A stretch of DNA of 60,916 nt from Chitinophaga pinensis (lineage in GTDB: Bacteria > Bacteroidota > Bacteroidia > NS11-12g > UBA955). The stretch is taken from NCBI GenBank assembly GCA_945860565.1, contig CAMAQS010000005.1:1-60916 (forward strand), in the 5' to 3' direction. The notes beneath the pieces were generated by a model. The model was not told where the DNA came from and did not search any database. It saw only the letters and a list, made by a program, of their open reading frames with translations. The position numbers and the translations under genes were made by a program. Positions within the stretch are counted from its first letter, which is position 1; each line of letters opens with the position of its first letter. Positions 51,333 to 60,916 of this stretch are shown one piece after another.

Positions 51333-52701
51333 TTTCCCACTTTTTTAGTCTTTCACAATTAAAATTTCGAGTATATAATTTGATAAATGATTTACTTCGA
51401 TATTTTTCAACCCATTTATCAATTACTTGTTGCTTCTTTCTTGCCTCTGCTTCAATTTGAATTCTGCTGTAGTCTTGAATCAAATTTGCTTGATGTGGAG
51501 CAATAAATGTCTTTAAATAAATTATCCTAAACATGGACCGACCATCAGGGGTTTGAATAATTGCTGGTTTTGAGTACTCACCCGGTTTCAACTTTTCAAC
51601 AACAACTTTTATATCTGTAGACAATGCTTCAAATAAAGTCTTTTGCATACCAGTACTTTCATCTGTAAGAAATCCACAATATCCTCGATTACCCAATTTT
51701 TCAGAAGACATACTTTTTACAGCACCACACCAATCAATGCTTTTGGATTCTAATTTCGTCCAAATACTATCGGCCCGATTTGAAGCCTTTAGAAAATCGT
51801 CAGATGTGTTTTCCGGCCTTATAAGTATGTGAGCAGCCAATACTCTTTCTCCTTTTCTTTTTAATAACTTTAAGATATGATAACCGTAATCTGTTTTAAA
51901 AACGTCGCTTAAACTATCTTCTTTAAGTTTAAATGCCATCCTTTCAAATTGGCTAACCATTTCACCCCTTCCAAATTCAGGCAACAATCCACCATTTATT
52001 TTAGAACCAGGGTCCATAGAATAGGCTCTTGCCAATTTTTCAAAACTCTCCCCTTTCAAGATGCGTTTTCTTAAATCTTGTAATTGCCCAATTGTAAAAT
52101 CTGTTGCAATCTCTGAGATGGGCAGTTCTATCAATAACTGAGCGACTTCCACTTCAGTAGGAACGATTGGAATACTGTCATTTGGTATTTCATCATAAAA
52201 CTGCTGAACTTCTTTGGGAGATATCCTTACACCGGAAGTTATTTTAGATTGCATTTCTTGAGATAACAATTGCTCTCTCATTTTTGGTCTTATCTCAGAT
52301 TTAAACTCCTGAATAGTCTTACCCAAATATTTCTCTAAATCTGCAATACTACCAGCTTGTCTTTGAAAATTACGAATCCGATTATCAATCTCTGCTTCAA
52401 CTCGGTCGTCATTAATGGGTAAGCTGTCTAGTTCCGCTTGACTCAACATTAGTTTACGAACAATGAGATTTTCAAGCAATTCACAATATGCCTCGTTTGT
52501 GTCTTTTAAAGATTGACCTCGACTTAATTGGACCTTTTCGGTTTCAAAATCACTATTCAAAATTACCTTTTCCCCTACAACTGCCAATATTCCATCAACA
52601 TATTTTGGAGGTAAAGCAGGGCCTATTTGCCCCTTTAATTTAATAGAACCTATTAGTATGATACTGTAAACTAAACCCCGCAAAACCAGATTAATTCGCA
52701 T
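51325..52701 (-). CDS. Periplasmic peptidyl-prolyl isomerase, SurA-like (one parvulin domain)
   Basis: 458 aa with a signal peptide, a SurA-like N-terminal chaperone region and a parvulin core (AAHILIRPE...DYGYHILKLL). Overlaps moxR by 8 nt. Confidence 0.8.
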   Translation of the reverse strand: MRINLVLRGLVYSIILIGSIKLKGQIGPALPPKYVDGILAVVGEKVILNSDFETEKVQLSRGQSLKDTNEAYCELLENLIVRKLMLSQAELDSLPINDDRVEAEIDNRIRNFQRQAGSIADLEKYLGKTIQEFKSEIRPKMREQLLSQEMQSKITSGVRISPKEVQQFYDEIPNDSIPIVPTEVEVAQLLIELPISEIATDFTIGQLQDLRKRILKGESFEKLARAYSMDPGSKINGGLLPEFGRGEMVSQFERMAFKLKEDSLSDVFKTDYGYHILKLLKRKGERVLAAHILIRPENTSDDFLKASNRADSIWTKLESKSIDWCGAVKSMSSEKLGNRGYCGFLTDESTGMQKTLFEALSTDIKVVVEKLKPGEYSKPAIIQTPDGRSMFRIIYLKTFIAPHQANLIQDYSRIQIEAEARKKQQVIDKWVEKYRSKSFIKLYTRNFNCERLKKWENE

Positions 52702-54814
52702 TTAATTTCTTTTTCAATTTTAAAAGTTCTTCTTGATTTATGTTTATCGGATATTTATTCTCTAAACTAGAAATCCACATTGATTCCAACTGACTTTGAT
52801 ATTTTGAAGCAACCGGCCCTCTCGTTTCCTCTAGTTTTTTTGGTCCAGCGGGCAAAAATTCTTTAACCTTTACAACGACATAATCACTCCCAATTTGTCC
52901 CATTTTATAAACGCCAGTCTGTTTTTTTCTAAAAATTGGATCTGAAAATAATTTAGTTAAAACGGATTGCTGCGGAAACAAAAAAGTATCGCTCAGTTGA
53001 TATTTACCAATTCTATAATCAAAATCTAATTGACTCTTTTTAGTGTGGATTTTTTTCAATGTATCAGGAGAAATACCTTTTTTGACTTGCTTGAAAACTG
53101 TTTTCATCATCTTTTCATTGCTAGAAAAATAGAATTCCACATAAAATCTATCATTCCAGTGATATTCACTTTGATGATTCTTGAAATAATCTGCTAATCC
53201 AACAGAGTCAGTATTGGCTTTGTCCCAAACAACTTCTTGCATTCGGTTAAACATCAAAATTCCGTCTCTATATTCATTGTATATATCTCTAAACTCTGTT
53301 GATTTTTCCTCAAGATGTTGATTTTGATAAGATACACAAACATTTCTTACCCAAGAATTAAATTCCAACTTTAAAAATTCCTCTGTAGTGTTAGAAATAG
53401 GCTTTGTATTAGATTGAATCAAATTCGAAAATGCTTCAACGGTATAGGATTCTCCGGCAAAGTTGAATAATTCAGCAGTCAAAAATTTAAATTCTTTGAT
53501 ATTTTTACCTTCTTTAATTGTTATTTTTTCAGGAATTGATGTAGTAGTAAACTTTCCTAAACGCACTGTAGAGTCTTGAATTAGCAATTCCATTAACTTA
53601 GAATACATAGTTTGGTTTAGCTTATAACCTTCTTCATTTTTAATTTTTTCGACCAAAGAATCAACCGAGATTTGTGATCTTTGATTCTGCTGAACTTTAT
53701 TTTTTAACATCACCTTCAGTTGGTCATAATTCCCTAACGGCCTAACAGCCACTCTCTGAAGTATGTGCCAGCCAAAACTAGTTTTAAATGGTGTTGTTAT
53801 GTCTCCATCTTTAGGCAAAGCCAATGCCCTTCCAATCCATTCTTGTCTTTCTACATCACCAACAAACTGAGTAGTATTTAACCAATCTATTAAACCACCG
53901 TTATATTTACTACTAAAGTCTTCACTATGTGTTCTAGCCATTACATCAAACGTTTCTGCATTTGTATTTATTTTAGAAACAATTTCATTAATTTTCTTTT
54001 CTGCTTCTTCGTTGGTATTGTTAGAATTGGGTCCAGTTCTTAACAGAATATGTCTTACCCTTACATCGCCTAAATTCTCTCTTTTATCATCCACCCTTAA
54101 AATGTGAAATCCAAAATCTGTCCTAAATACGCCAGAAATAGAGCCAATCGCTGTATTATATGCCTCATTCTCAAACTCATAAACCACTTGTAATGCTGTT
54201 AAATAGCCCAGTTGACCACCATTAAATTTGGTACCAGGATCATCAGAATCAGTTTTTGCAAAAGTTGCAAAATTTTCTTTGGAGGGATCTCTTTTTAAAG
54301 CCCCTTGAATTTCTTTGATTCTTTTTTCTGCCTTACCCTCGGCCTCTTTATTTGCATTTCTTGGACATGAAATAAGAATATGTGACACTTTAACTTCAAA
54401 TCTCATTCTTTCAAATGCTTCATCAATTAGTTTTTGAGTTACCCTTCTATCATAAAGATAATTTCTTGATAATTGGTCTCGATACATCGCCAATTCTTGC
54501 TTGTAAGCTAAAATAGTATCTTTTCCCGCATCCAAAGCGTCTTGGATTTTCATTTTAAATCTAATGTAAAGTTTCAAGTACTCGTCAATATCTGCCGAAG
54601 TAATTGGTTTTTCCTTAATATTTAGATTTTTCAAAAATTGTCTTTCAAACTCACTCACCATTATATCATTTTTTGCAATAGTAAATAGCACCGAACTTCC
54701 TTCAGTTGTTTGATTTTTTTGACTTACTACTGAGTTTGATTGAGGATTTTGTTGACCATACAAACTGCCTTGAACACAAAACAAAATGACTAACAAATTT
54801 TTATACATTTTCAT
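52691..54814 (-). CDS. Large periplasmic PpiC-type peptidyl-prolyl isomerase (two parvulin domains)
   Basis: 707 aa with a signal peptide. Two parvulin cores (VKVSHILI...FGFHILRVDD and VRVRHILL...FGWHILQRV). Overlaps the downstream PPIase gene by 11 nt. Confidence 0.75.
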   Translation of the reverse strand: MKMYKNLLVILFCVQGSLYGQQNPQSNSVVSQKNQTTEGSSVLFTIAKNDIMVSEFERQFLKNLNIKEKPITSADIDEYLKLYIRFKMKIQDALDAGKDTILAYKQELAMYRDQLSRNYLYDRRVTQKLIDEAFERMRFEVKVSHILISCPRNANKEAEGKAEKRIKEIQGALKRDPSKENFATFAKTDSDDPGTKFNGGQLGYLTALQVVYEFENEAYNTAIGSISGVFRTDFGFHILRVDDKRENLGDVRVRHILLRTGPNSNNTNEEAEKKINEIVSKINTNAETFDVMARTHSEDFSSKYNGGLIDWLNTTQFVGDVERQEWIGRALALPKDGDITTPFKTSFGWHILQRVAVRPLGNYDQLKVMLKNKVQQNQRSQISVDSLVEKIKNEEGYKLNQTMYSKLMELLIQDSTVRLGKFTTTSIPEKITIKEGKNIKEFKFLTAELFNFAGESYTVEAFSNLIQSNTKPISNTTEEFLKLEFNSWVRNVCVSYQNQHLEEKSTEFRDIYNEYRDGILMFNRMQEVVWDKANTDSVGLADYFKNHQSEYHWNDRFYVEFYFSSNEKMMKTVFKQVKKGISPDTLKKIHTKKSQLDFDYRIGKYQLSDTFLFPQQSVLTKLFSDPIFRKKQTGVYKMGQIGSDYVVVKVKEFLPAGPKKLEETRGPVASKYQSQLESMWISSLENKYPININQEELLKLKKKLNAN

Positions 54815-54875
54815 GATTTAATTTTAAATTTTTTATAACTAATATATGAGCAAAATTAACGATTTATCCTTAAAA

Positions 54876-55871
54876 TTATAAACTGCCGTTGATGGCATTC
54901 CATAACTTGTCTTTCAGTTCGACAATTCCAAATTGTGTAACTGAACTAAAAAACACTAGGTCAAGTCCTTTCATTTCAGATTTGATTTCTTGTTTAAGTT
55001 CATCGTCCAATAACTCTGATTTGCTAATGGCTACAACCATGTCTTTCATCAATAATTCTTTATTAAAAGCTTCTAATTCATTTATTAGTGTGCGATATTC
55101 TTTAAAATGATTTGAACTATCAGCTGGAATTAAAATTAACAGAACTGCATTTCGTTCAATATGTCTAAGAAATCGATGACCTAAACCTTTTCCTTCATGG
55201 GCACCTTCAATAATTCCTGGAATGTCTGCGATTACAAAACTTTTATAATCTCTGTATTTAACAACTCCTAAATTTGGAGTTAATGTAGTAAATGCATAAT
55301 CGGCAATTTCTGGTTTAGCAGCACTCACAACACTTAACAATGTACTTTTTCCCGCATTTGGAAATCCTACCAAACCAACGTCTGCCAGTATTTTTAACTC
55401 CAAAACAATCCATTGTTCTTTACCCAGTTCACCTGGTTGAGCATATTGCGGAGCTTGGTTGATTGGGGTCGCAAAATGAGTATTACCTAAACCTCCTCTA
55501 CCACCTGGAACCAAAACTCGTTTTTCACCATGATTTGTGATTTCAAATAAAACCTCACCTGTTTCTGCATCTTTGGCAACTGTGCCTAATGGAACCTCCA
55601 AAATTACACTTTCCCCAAATTTTCCAGTACTACATTTTTCACCACCACCATCGCCATCACTAGCCATTACATGCTTTCTAAACTTTAGGTGTAATAAAGT
55701 CCATAATTGAGAACTTCCAACCAAAATTATATCCCCGCCTTTTCCGCCATCACCGCCATCAGGACCTCCCCTCGGATTCATTTTGCTTCGATGGTAATGC
55801 CTGCTTCCAGCCCCGCCATTTCCACTTCTGCAACATATTTTTACATAGTCAATAAAATTACTTTCTGCCAT
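54876..55871 (-). CDS. obg: GTPase Obg/CgtA (start at [12 protein letters not shown], not the upstream ORF-track Met)
   Basis: Obg fold Gly-rich N-domain ([14 protein letters not shown]), G1 GFPNAGKST and G3 DIPGIIEGA. Confidence 0.95.
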   Translation of the reverse strand: MAESNFIDYVKICCRSGNGGAGSRHYHRSKMNPRGGPDGGDGGKGGDIILVGSSQLWTLLHLKFRKHVMASDGDGGGEKCSTGKFGESVILEVPLGTVAKDAETGEVLFEITNHGEKRVLVPGGRGGLGNTHFATPINQAPQYAQPGELGKEQWIVLELKILADVGLVGFPNAGKSTLLSVVSAAKPEIADYAFTTLTPNLGVVKYRDYKSFVIADIPGIIEGAHEGKGLGHRFLRHIERNAVLLILIPADSSNHFKEYRTLINELEAFNKELLMKDMVVAISKSELLDDELKQEIKSEMKGLDLVFFSSVTQFGIVELKDKLWNAINGSL

Positions 55872-55923
55872 TGATGAACAAAGGTCGGTAAAAAGCTGCA
55901 TCCTTTGTATTTTTGTAGCTGAA

Positions 55924-58500
55924 ATGTCTGTATCTAATAATTACAATTTCCAAATTATCGAGAAAAAATGGCAAAGCCATTGGGAAAAGATTGATTTATA
56001 TTCCGTAAAAGTAGACCCAAGTAAACCAAAATATTATGTGCTTGATATGTTTCCTTACCCTTCGGGCGCTGGATTACATGTTGGACATCCTTTAGGATAC
56101 ATTGCCAGTGATATTGTTGCAAGATATAAAAGACTTAATGGATTCAATGTCCTGCACCCTATGGGTTATGACGCTTTTGGATTACCTGCTGAACAATATG
56201 CAATTCAAACAGGCCAACATCCTGAAGTAACTACAGAAAACAACATAAAACAATTTAGATCACAGCTCGATAAGATAGGATTCTCATTTGATTGGAATCG
56301 CGAAGTAAAAACTTCAGATGAAAATTATTACAAGTGGACACAGTGGATATTTTCACTATTCTTTGTTCATTGGTACAATAAATCCGAAAACAAAGCAATG
56401 CCTATGAGTGAATTAATAGCTCATTTCGAAACCCATGGCAACTCTTCAATTAATGCTCATTCAACATACGAAGCTAGTTTTTCATCGTCACAATGGATTG
56501 CATTTTCTGAGTTCGAAAAAGAAATAATTTTAAATCAATATAGACTGGCATTTATCAACGAAAGTACAGTAAACTGGTGTGAAGCGCTCGGAACCGTTCT
56601 AGCCAATGAAGAGGTAATTAATGGCTTAAGCGAACGTGGAAATCATCCTGTAATTCGAAAAAAGATGAAACAATGGAGTTTAAGAATAACAGCCTACGCA
56701 GATAGGTTGTTAGAAGGATTGCAACATCTTGACTGGTCCGATTCAATAAAAGAAATTCAAAAAAATTGGATAGGTAAAAGTGAAGGGGCCGAAGTGGCTT
56801 TCGATGTAAAAAACGACACAACCAACATCAAAATTTTCACTACCCGACCAGACACTCTTTTTGGTGCAACCTTCTTAGTTTTAGCACCAGAATATTTAAA
56901 TCTGCTCGACTTATGCGATACAGAAAATGCAGAATTTGTTAAAAATTACATTCAAAGTGTAAAACACAAATCCGAAATCGAGAGAATGTCTAATTCGCAC
57001 AAAACAGGTGTATTTACAGGAAACTATGCTGTAAATCCCTTTACAAAAAAAGAAATACCCATTTGGGTTAGTGATTATGTATTATCTACATACGGAACGG
57101 GAGCAATTATGGCCGTTCCTGCCCATGACGAACGCGATTTTGATTTTGCGAAGACATTTGATCTAGAAATTATTCCCGTAATAAAACCCGAACTACAAGA
57201 ATTAGAATTGCCTTTGATTGAGGCTTTTAGTGCTAAGACCGGTATTTGTATAAATAGTGATTTTTTAAATGGTTTAGAAGTTTCAAAAGCAATTCCTTTG
57301 GCCATTAAAAAAATCGAAGACCTAAAATTAGGTTCTAAAAAAATAAATTACAAATTAAGAGAAGCGGGTTTTGCCAGACAACGATATTGGGGTGAACCTT
57401 TTCCGATTGTTTACAAAGATTCATTACCACAATTAGACAACAACTTACCCGTAATTTTGCCTAAAGTACAAAGCTATCAACCAACTGGAACAGGGGCAAG
57501 TCCATTAGCATCTGTACAAGATTGGGTTAATAGTTCAATTGGAATAAGGGAAACAGATACAATGCCGGGTTGGGCAGGTAGTAGTTGGTACTTTTTGAGA
57601 TATACCGATCCAAAAAATTCTGAAGTTTTCGCCGACGAAAAATCATTAAAATATTGGGAAAATGTAGACCTCTATATTGGAGGTAGTGAACATGCAACAG
57701 GTCATCTTTTGTACAGCAGATTTTGGACAAAATTCTTATACGATTTAGGCTATATCACCTTTGAGGAACCATTTAAAAAATTGGTAAATCAAGGGATGAT
57801 TATTGGAGAAGATGGTCAAAAGATGAGTAAACGCTGGGGAAACGTCGTTAATCCGGATGACATTTGTCAAAACTTTGGAGCCGATACTCTCAGAATGTAT
57901 GAAATGTTCTTAGGCCCTTTAACTGACAGTAAACCTTGGAATACAAATGGAATTGAAGGGGTTTCCCGATTTTTAAATAAATTATGGAGGATGTTCTTTG
58001 AAAATTCAGAGTTCGCTGTTTCAAATGAAGATGCAAATTTTGAAGAACATAAAATTTTGGCAAAAACCATAAAAAAAATAACTCAAGATATTGAAAATCT
58101 AAGTTTTAATACCTCAATTTCTGCCTTTATGGTTTGCATTAATGAACTAACCCAAATTAAATGTAACAAAAGAGAAATCTTGGAACCTTTATTGGTTTTA
58201 ATGGCTCCTTTTGCCCCACACATATCAGAAGAACTTTGGCATCAACTAGGAAATTCTCAAAGTATTCATCAAGCCATCTGGCCTACATTTGAAGAAAAAT
58301 ATTTGATAGAATCTAGTTTCTTATATCCAATTAGTATCAACGGCAAAACACGCACTCAAATATCGTTTTCTAAAGATTTAGAAAGTCGTGAAATAGAAGC
58401 TGCAGTAATTGAAAATGAAATAGTTAAAAAGTGGTTGGAGAATCAAGTTCCCAAAAAGATAATTGTTGTTAAAAATCGAATTGTAAACATAGTAATTTGA
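55924..58500 (+). CDS. leuS: Leucine--tRNA ligase
   Basis: 858 aa. HIGH motif (HVGHPLGY), KMSKS motif (KMSKRWGN) and a CP1 editing domain ([12 protein letters not shown]). Confidence 0.95.
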   Translation: MSVSNNYNFQIIEKKWQSHWEKIDLYSVKVDPSKPKYYVLDMFPYPSGAGLHVGHPLGYIASDIVARYKRLNGFNVLHPMGYDAFGLPAEQYAIQTGQHPEVTTENNIKQFRSQLDKIGFSFDWNREVKTSDENYYKWTQWIFSLFFVHWYNKSENKAMPMSELIAHFETHGNSSINAHSTYEASFSSSQWIAFSEFEKEIILNQYRLAFINESTVNWCEALGTVLANEEVINGLSERGNHPVIRKKMKQWSLRITAYADRLLEGLQHLDWSDSIKEIQKNWIGKSEGAEVAFDVKNDTTNIKIFTTRPDTLFGATFLVLAPEYLNLLDLCDTENAEFVKNYIQSVKHKSEIERMSNSHKTGVFTGNYAVNPFTKKEIPIWVSDYVLSTYGTGAIMAVPAHDERDFDFAKTFDLEIIPVIKPELQELELPLIEAFSAKTGICINSDFLNGLEVSKAIPLAIKKIEDLKLGSKKINYKLREAGFARQRYWGEPFPIVYKDSLPQLDNNLPVILPKVQSYQPTGTGASPLASVQDWVNSSIGIRETDTMPGWAGSSWYFLRYTDPKNSEVFADEKSLKYWENVDLYIGGSEHATGHLLYSRFWTKFLYDLGYITFEEPFKKLVNQGMIIGEDGQKMSKRWGNVVNPDDICQNFGADTLRMYEMFLGPLTDSKPWNTNGIEGVSRFLNKLWRMFFENSEFAVSNEDANFEEHKILAKTIKKITQDIENLSFNTSISAFMVCINELTQIKCNKREILEPLLVLMAPFAPHISEELWHQLGNSQSIHQAIWPTFEEKYLIESSFLYPISINGKTRTQISFSKDLESREIEAAVIENEIVKKWLENQVPKKIIVVKNRIVNIVI

Positions 58501-58539
58501 TTTGGTCAACCAAATCAAATTACTATGATCGAATTTTCT

Positions 58540-58929
58540 TCAGAAAACCTTTGAAAGAAATTCGGTGTAATTCATTTTCATTTCGGAATATATTTTCTCA
58601 AATACTGAAAATTCATTTCTTAAAGAGATGTGGTCTTCTGTCTTCTTGTGATCGGTCGCTACATTGTTTTTTTCAGCTTCTAAAAATAATCTGTGTTCAT
58701 CTTTAGAAAGAGCAGACAAAATTTCATCTATGACTTCATTCTGCCTAATGAATTGATTTTGATACTTTTCAACCTCTCTTAAAACTTCAATTTTTGTATT
58801 GGCTTTGGCAATTTCTTCTAATCTATTATTAAAAGTCACCAATTCATCTTGAAAGAATTCAAGACTTTTTTTAAAGGTTGTGTTCTCGAGGTGTAATTCG
58901 TGTAAATATTTTGGTTCTTGCGTTGACAT
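58540..58929 (-). CDS. Hypothetical all-helical protein
   Basis: 129 aa, charged heptad-like helical sequence, no recognised motif. Last gene in the same-strand run after iscS-iscU-iscA-S4. Confidence 0.5.
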   Translation of the reverse strand: MSTQEPKYLHELHLENTTFKKSLEFFQDELVTFNNRLEEIAKANTKIEVLREVEKYQNQFIRQNEVIDEILSALSKDEHRLFLEAEKNNVATDHKKTEDHISLRNEFSVFEKIYSEMKMNYTEFLSKVF

Positions 58930-58991
58930 ACTTCAAACTTCGTTAGAAAAGTTTATGTAAAATATGACAATAATCAACTTAAATGAGAATT

Positions 58992-59222
58992 TTAATCAGT
59001 TTGGGTTGGAATTTTTGCAACGATTTGCACCTTTTGGCCATCAAACTCGATTATAAACCCATTCAATATTTTATTTCTTTTTCTAAGTTCAATTTGACCA
59101 TTCACGGTAACCAATCCTTCTGAAATAGACTCATTTGCTTGGCTTCCAGATTCTACCCACCCTAAAAACTTTAATAGTTGGTTTAATTGAATAACCTCTC
59201 CTTGAATTTCGTATTTAGTCAT
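58992..59222 (-). CDS. S4-domain RNA-binding protein (YbcJ-like)
   Basis: Preferred start is MTKYEIQGE (ATG 59220-59222), one nt after the iscA stop. LNQLLKFLGWVESGSQANESISEGLVTVNGQIELRKRNKI is an S4 alpha-L motif. The ORF-track N-terminal extension overlaps iscA. Confidence 0.7.
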   Translation of the reverse strand: MTKYEIQGEVIQLNQLLKFLGWVESGSQANESISEGLVTVNGQIELRKRNKILNGFIIEFDGQKVQIVAKIPTQTD

Positions 59223-59223
59223 T

Positions 59224-59571
59224 TTAGATTGAAAAACTCTCACCACAACCGCAGGTTCTTGATGCATTCGGATTAACGAAATTAAATCCTTTACCATTTA
59301 AACCATCAGAAAAATCAAGTTCAGTACCACACAAATAAAGGAAACTTTTCATATCACATACAATTTTAAGTTGATCGTCTCCAAATTCCATGTCCCCTTT
59401 TTTGATTTCATCATCAAAATCCAATTCATATGACAAACCAGAGCACCCGCCACCCTTTACACCTACTCGAACGAAATATCCACTTGGCGATACGCCCGAC
59501 TCATTCATCAAAGCATACACTTTTAATCTTGCTTTATCAGTGATAGAAATTGCAGTTGTATCAGCTACCAT
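59224..59571 (-). CDS. iscA: A-type iron-sulfur cluster carrier (IscA/ErpA/HesB family)
   Basis: 115 aa. GGGCSG and the C-terminal CGCGESF motif. Confidence 0.9.
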   Translation of the reverse strand: MVADTTAISITDKARLKVYALMNESGVSPSGYFVRVGVKGGGCSGLSYELDFDDEIKKGDMEFGDDQLKIVCDMKSFLYLCGTELDFSDGLNGKGFNFVNPNASRTCGCGESFSI

Positions 59572-59575
59572 TATA

Positions 59576-59992
59576 TTAATGATGAGTTTTTTCAGATTCT
59601 AGGGGCTCTAAACCTCTTTTAGCTCTGTAATCATTGATTGCCGCACGTATAGCGTCTTCTGCCAAAACTGAACAATGAATTTTAACAGGTGGCAACGCCA
59701 ATTCCTCAACAATATCCATATTGTCAATGGTTAATGCTTGGTCAACTGTTTTGCCTTTTAACCATTCTGTGGCCAAAGAAGAAGAAGCAATGGCAGAACC
59801 ACATCCAAAGGTTTTGAACTTTGCGTCCTCTATAACACCAGTCTCATCATTTACTTGAATTTGTAAACGCATAACGTCGCCGCATTCTGGCGCACCAACT
59901 AAACCCGTTCCAACATTGGTATTGGCTTTGTCCAAAGTGCCAATGTTTCTTGGATTCGTATAATGATCTACAACTTTATCTGAATATGCCAT
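59576..59992 (-). CDS. iscU: Fe-S cluster assembly scaffold IscU
   Basis: 138 aa. The three ligand Cys contexts are APECGDVM, FGCGSAIASSS and PPVKIHCSVLA (the LPPVK Hsc66-binding motif is present). Confidence 0.95.
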   Translation of the reverse strand: MAYSDKVVDHYTNPRNIGTLDKANTNVGTGLVGAPECGDVMRLQIQVNDETGVIEDAKFKTFGCGSAIASSSLATEWLKGKTVDQALTIDNMDIVEELALPPVKIHCSVLAEDAIRAAINDYRAKRGLEPLESEKTHH

Positions 59993-60056
59993 TTTTATTT
60001 TTTGTTACGACAAATTTATTTAAAATCTTTCTAAATTAAAACTTTAATCGATGAAA

Positions 60057-60773
60057 TTAATGTTCGCTCCACTCAATGGATTTCAAATCAATTCCTTCTT
60101 TAAACATTTCCCACAAAGGACTCATATCTCTCAATTTATTTACTGCCGTCTTTACACAATCGATGGTGAAATCGATTTCTTCTTCAGTTGTAAATCTACC
60201 CAAACCAAACCGAATACTGCTGTGCGCCAATTCGTCATCTAATCCTAGATTTTTCAGAACATAACTAGGTTCGAGTGATGCAGAGGTACATGCTGATCCA
60301 GATGATACAGCGATATCTTTGATACCCATCATTAAGCCCTCACCCTCTACATATTTAAAAGAAATATTTGTGGTATGTGGCAATCTGTTTGAGGTACTTC
60401 CATTTACATAAGATTCCTCTAACTCCAACAATGAATTTTCTAATTTGTTTCTAAGTTTTTCTAATCGCACTGCTTCATCGTGCATTTCTTGTTTTGCAAT
60501 TTCACATGCTTTGCCAAAACCAACAATCCCAGGTACATTAAGTGTTCCACTGCGCATTCCTCTTTCGTGACCTCCACCATCCATTTGTGCGGTTACTTTA
60601 ACCCTAGGATTTTTTCTACGAACATATAAAGCTCCAACTCCTTTAGGGCCATACATCTTATGCGCGGTAAAACTCAAAAGATCAATTCCATCTTCAATTA
60701 CGTCAACATCAATTTTACCAACCGCTTGAGTTGCATCAGTGTGAAAAAGAATTCCTTTGGACTTGCAAAACTC
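60057..60773 (-). pseudogene. iscS: Cysteine desulfurase IscS, C-terminal about 239 codons only; frame blocked by TGA at 60774-60776
   Basis: Translation above the ORF-track Met continues as [60 protein letters not shown]...[12 protein letters not shown]...SSGSACTS, with the PLP-Lys and active-site Cys loop present. Upstream of 60776 IscS similarity stops. Confidence 0.8.
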
Positions 60774-60916
60774 TCAAATTTCTTTTACATAACAAGGGCA
60801 CAAAAACGTTTCACTTAAGTTGTCTTACTCCTATCCACAGGGACGGTCAAATTATGGAAGAAAGATAGTTGCGGAGTAAGATAGTATTGCGGATCGTTTT
60901 GGTATGTCTGAAGTTC

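Noticed and set aside
60774-60776. Possible TGA reassignment (code 4 or code 25). In-frame TGAs occur at a conserved Gly position in iscS, at codon 8 of the 40312-40070 ORF, and before the AraC-like relic (42428-42430).
   Set aside because: TGA is clearly used as a genuine stop at the expected protein ends of bshA (3310-3312), the ECF sigma gene (3288-3290) and the second ABC-F gene (42626-42628). Reading through those TGAs only yields short junk extensions with more stops. The interrupted frames are better explained as pseudogenes or base errors.
60777-60916. Group II intron 3' end interrupting iscS.
   Set aside because: No domain V-like 34-nt hairpin with an AGC triad and GNRA loop is present in the 140 nt. 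The TGA lies on the exon side of any plausible AY splice boundary. An insertion-sequence end or decay fits better.
1-60916. CRISPR arrays, prophage or integrative elements, restriction-modification systems, toxin-antitoxin pairs or other defence islands.
   Set aside because: I found no direct-repeat/spacer periodicity, no integrase, transposase or recombinase motifs in any listed ORF, no tRNA attachment sites, and a uniformly AT-rich composition by eye. Gene content is overwhelmingly core metabolism and translation.

Overview
This is an AT-rich Bacteroidota chromosomal segment that looks Flavobacteriia/Cryomorphaceae-like. The evidence for that placement is two giant secreted proteins with T9SS type-B C-terminal sorting domains, TAnnTTTG -7 promoter boxes, an archaeal-type ProRS, a GGGPS homolog and a DUF5103/T9SS-plug-like gene. 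About 50 densely packed protein genes are almost all core housekeeping:
- Translation and RNA: rsgA, tadA, proS, leuS, miaB, obg, SRP RNA, a DEAD-box helicase and two ABC-F proteins.
- DNA: recQ, nth, nrdJ.
- Envelope and lipid: kdsD/manC, lptB, fabD, ispB.
- Cofactor and Fe-S: lplA and iscS-iscU-iscA.
- Periplasmic foldases followed by MoxR.

I see no CRISPR array, prophage, integrase, toxin-antitoxin pair or recognisable defence island, and I cannot honestly point to a convincing new multi-gene system.

The items most worth a second look are:
1. iscS loses its reading frame about 140 nt before the window edge. There is an in-frame TGA at a conserved Gly position, then unrelated sequence carrying a tandem repeat.
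2. A FecR-type anti-sigma gene is split into two ORFs. It sits with no sigma factor or TonB transducer, directly upstream of a 1017-aa T9SS cargo.
3. A GGGPS (archaeal-type ether-lipid prenyltransferase) gene is translationally coupled to an unknown membrane protein, next to an ispB / biotinyl-domain / GT-C operon.
4. A strong promoter, a roughly 55-nt structured leader and an intrinsic terminator sit immediately before an EamA transporter.
5. A perfect 20-bp palindrome covers the yceI promoter.
6. Two roughly 500-bp non-coding islands flank fabD-yceI and contain decayed gene relics.

Coordinates of non-ORF features were read by eye and may be off by 1-2 nt.
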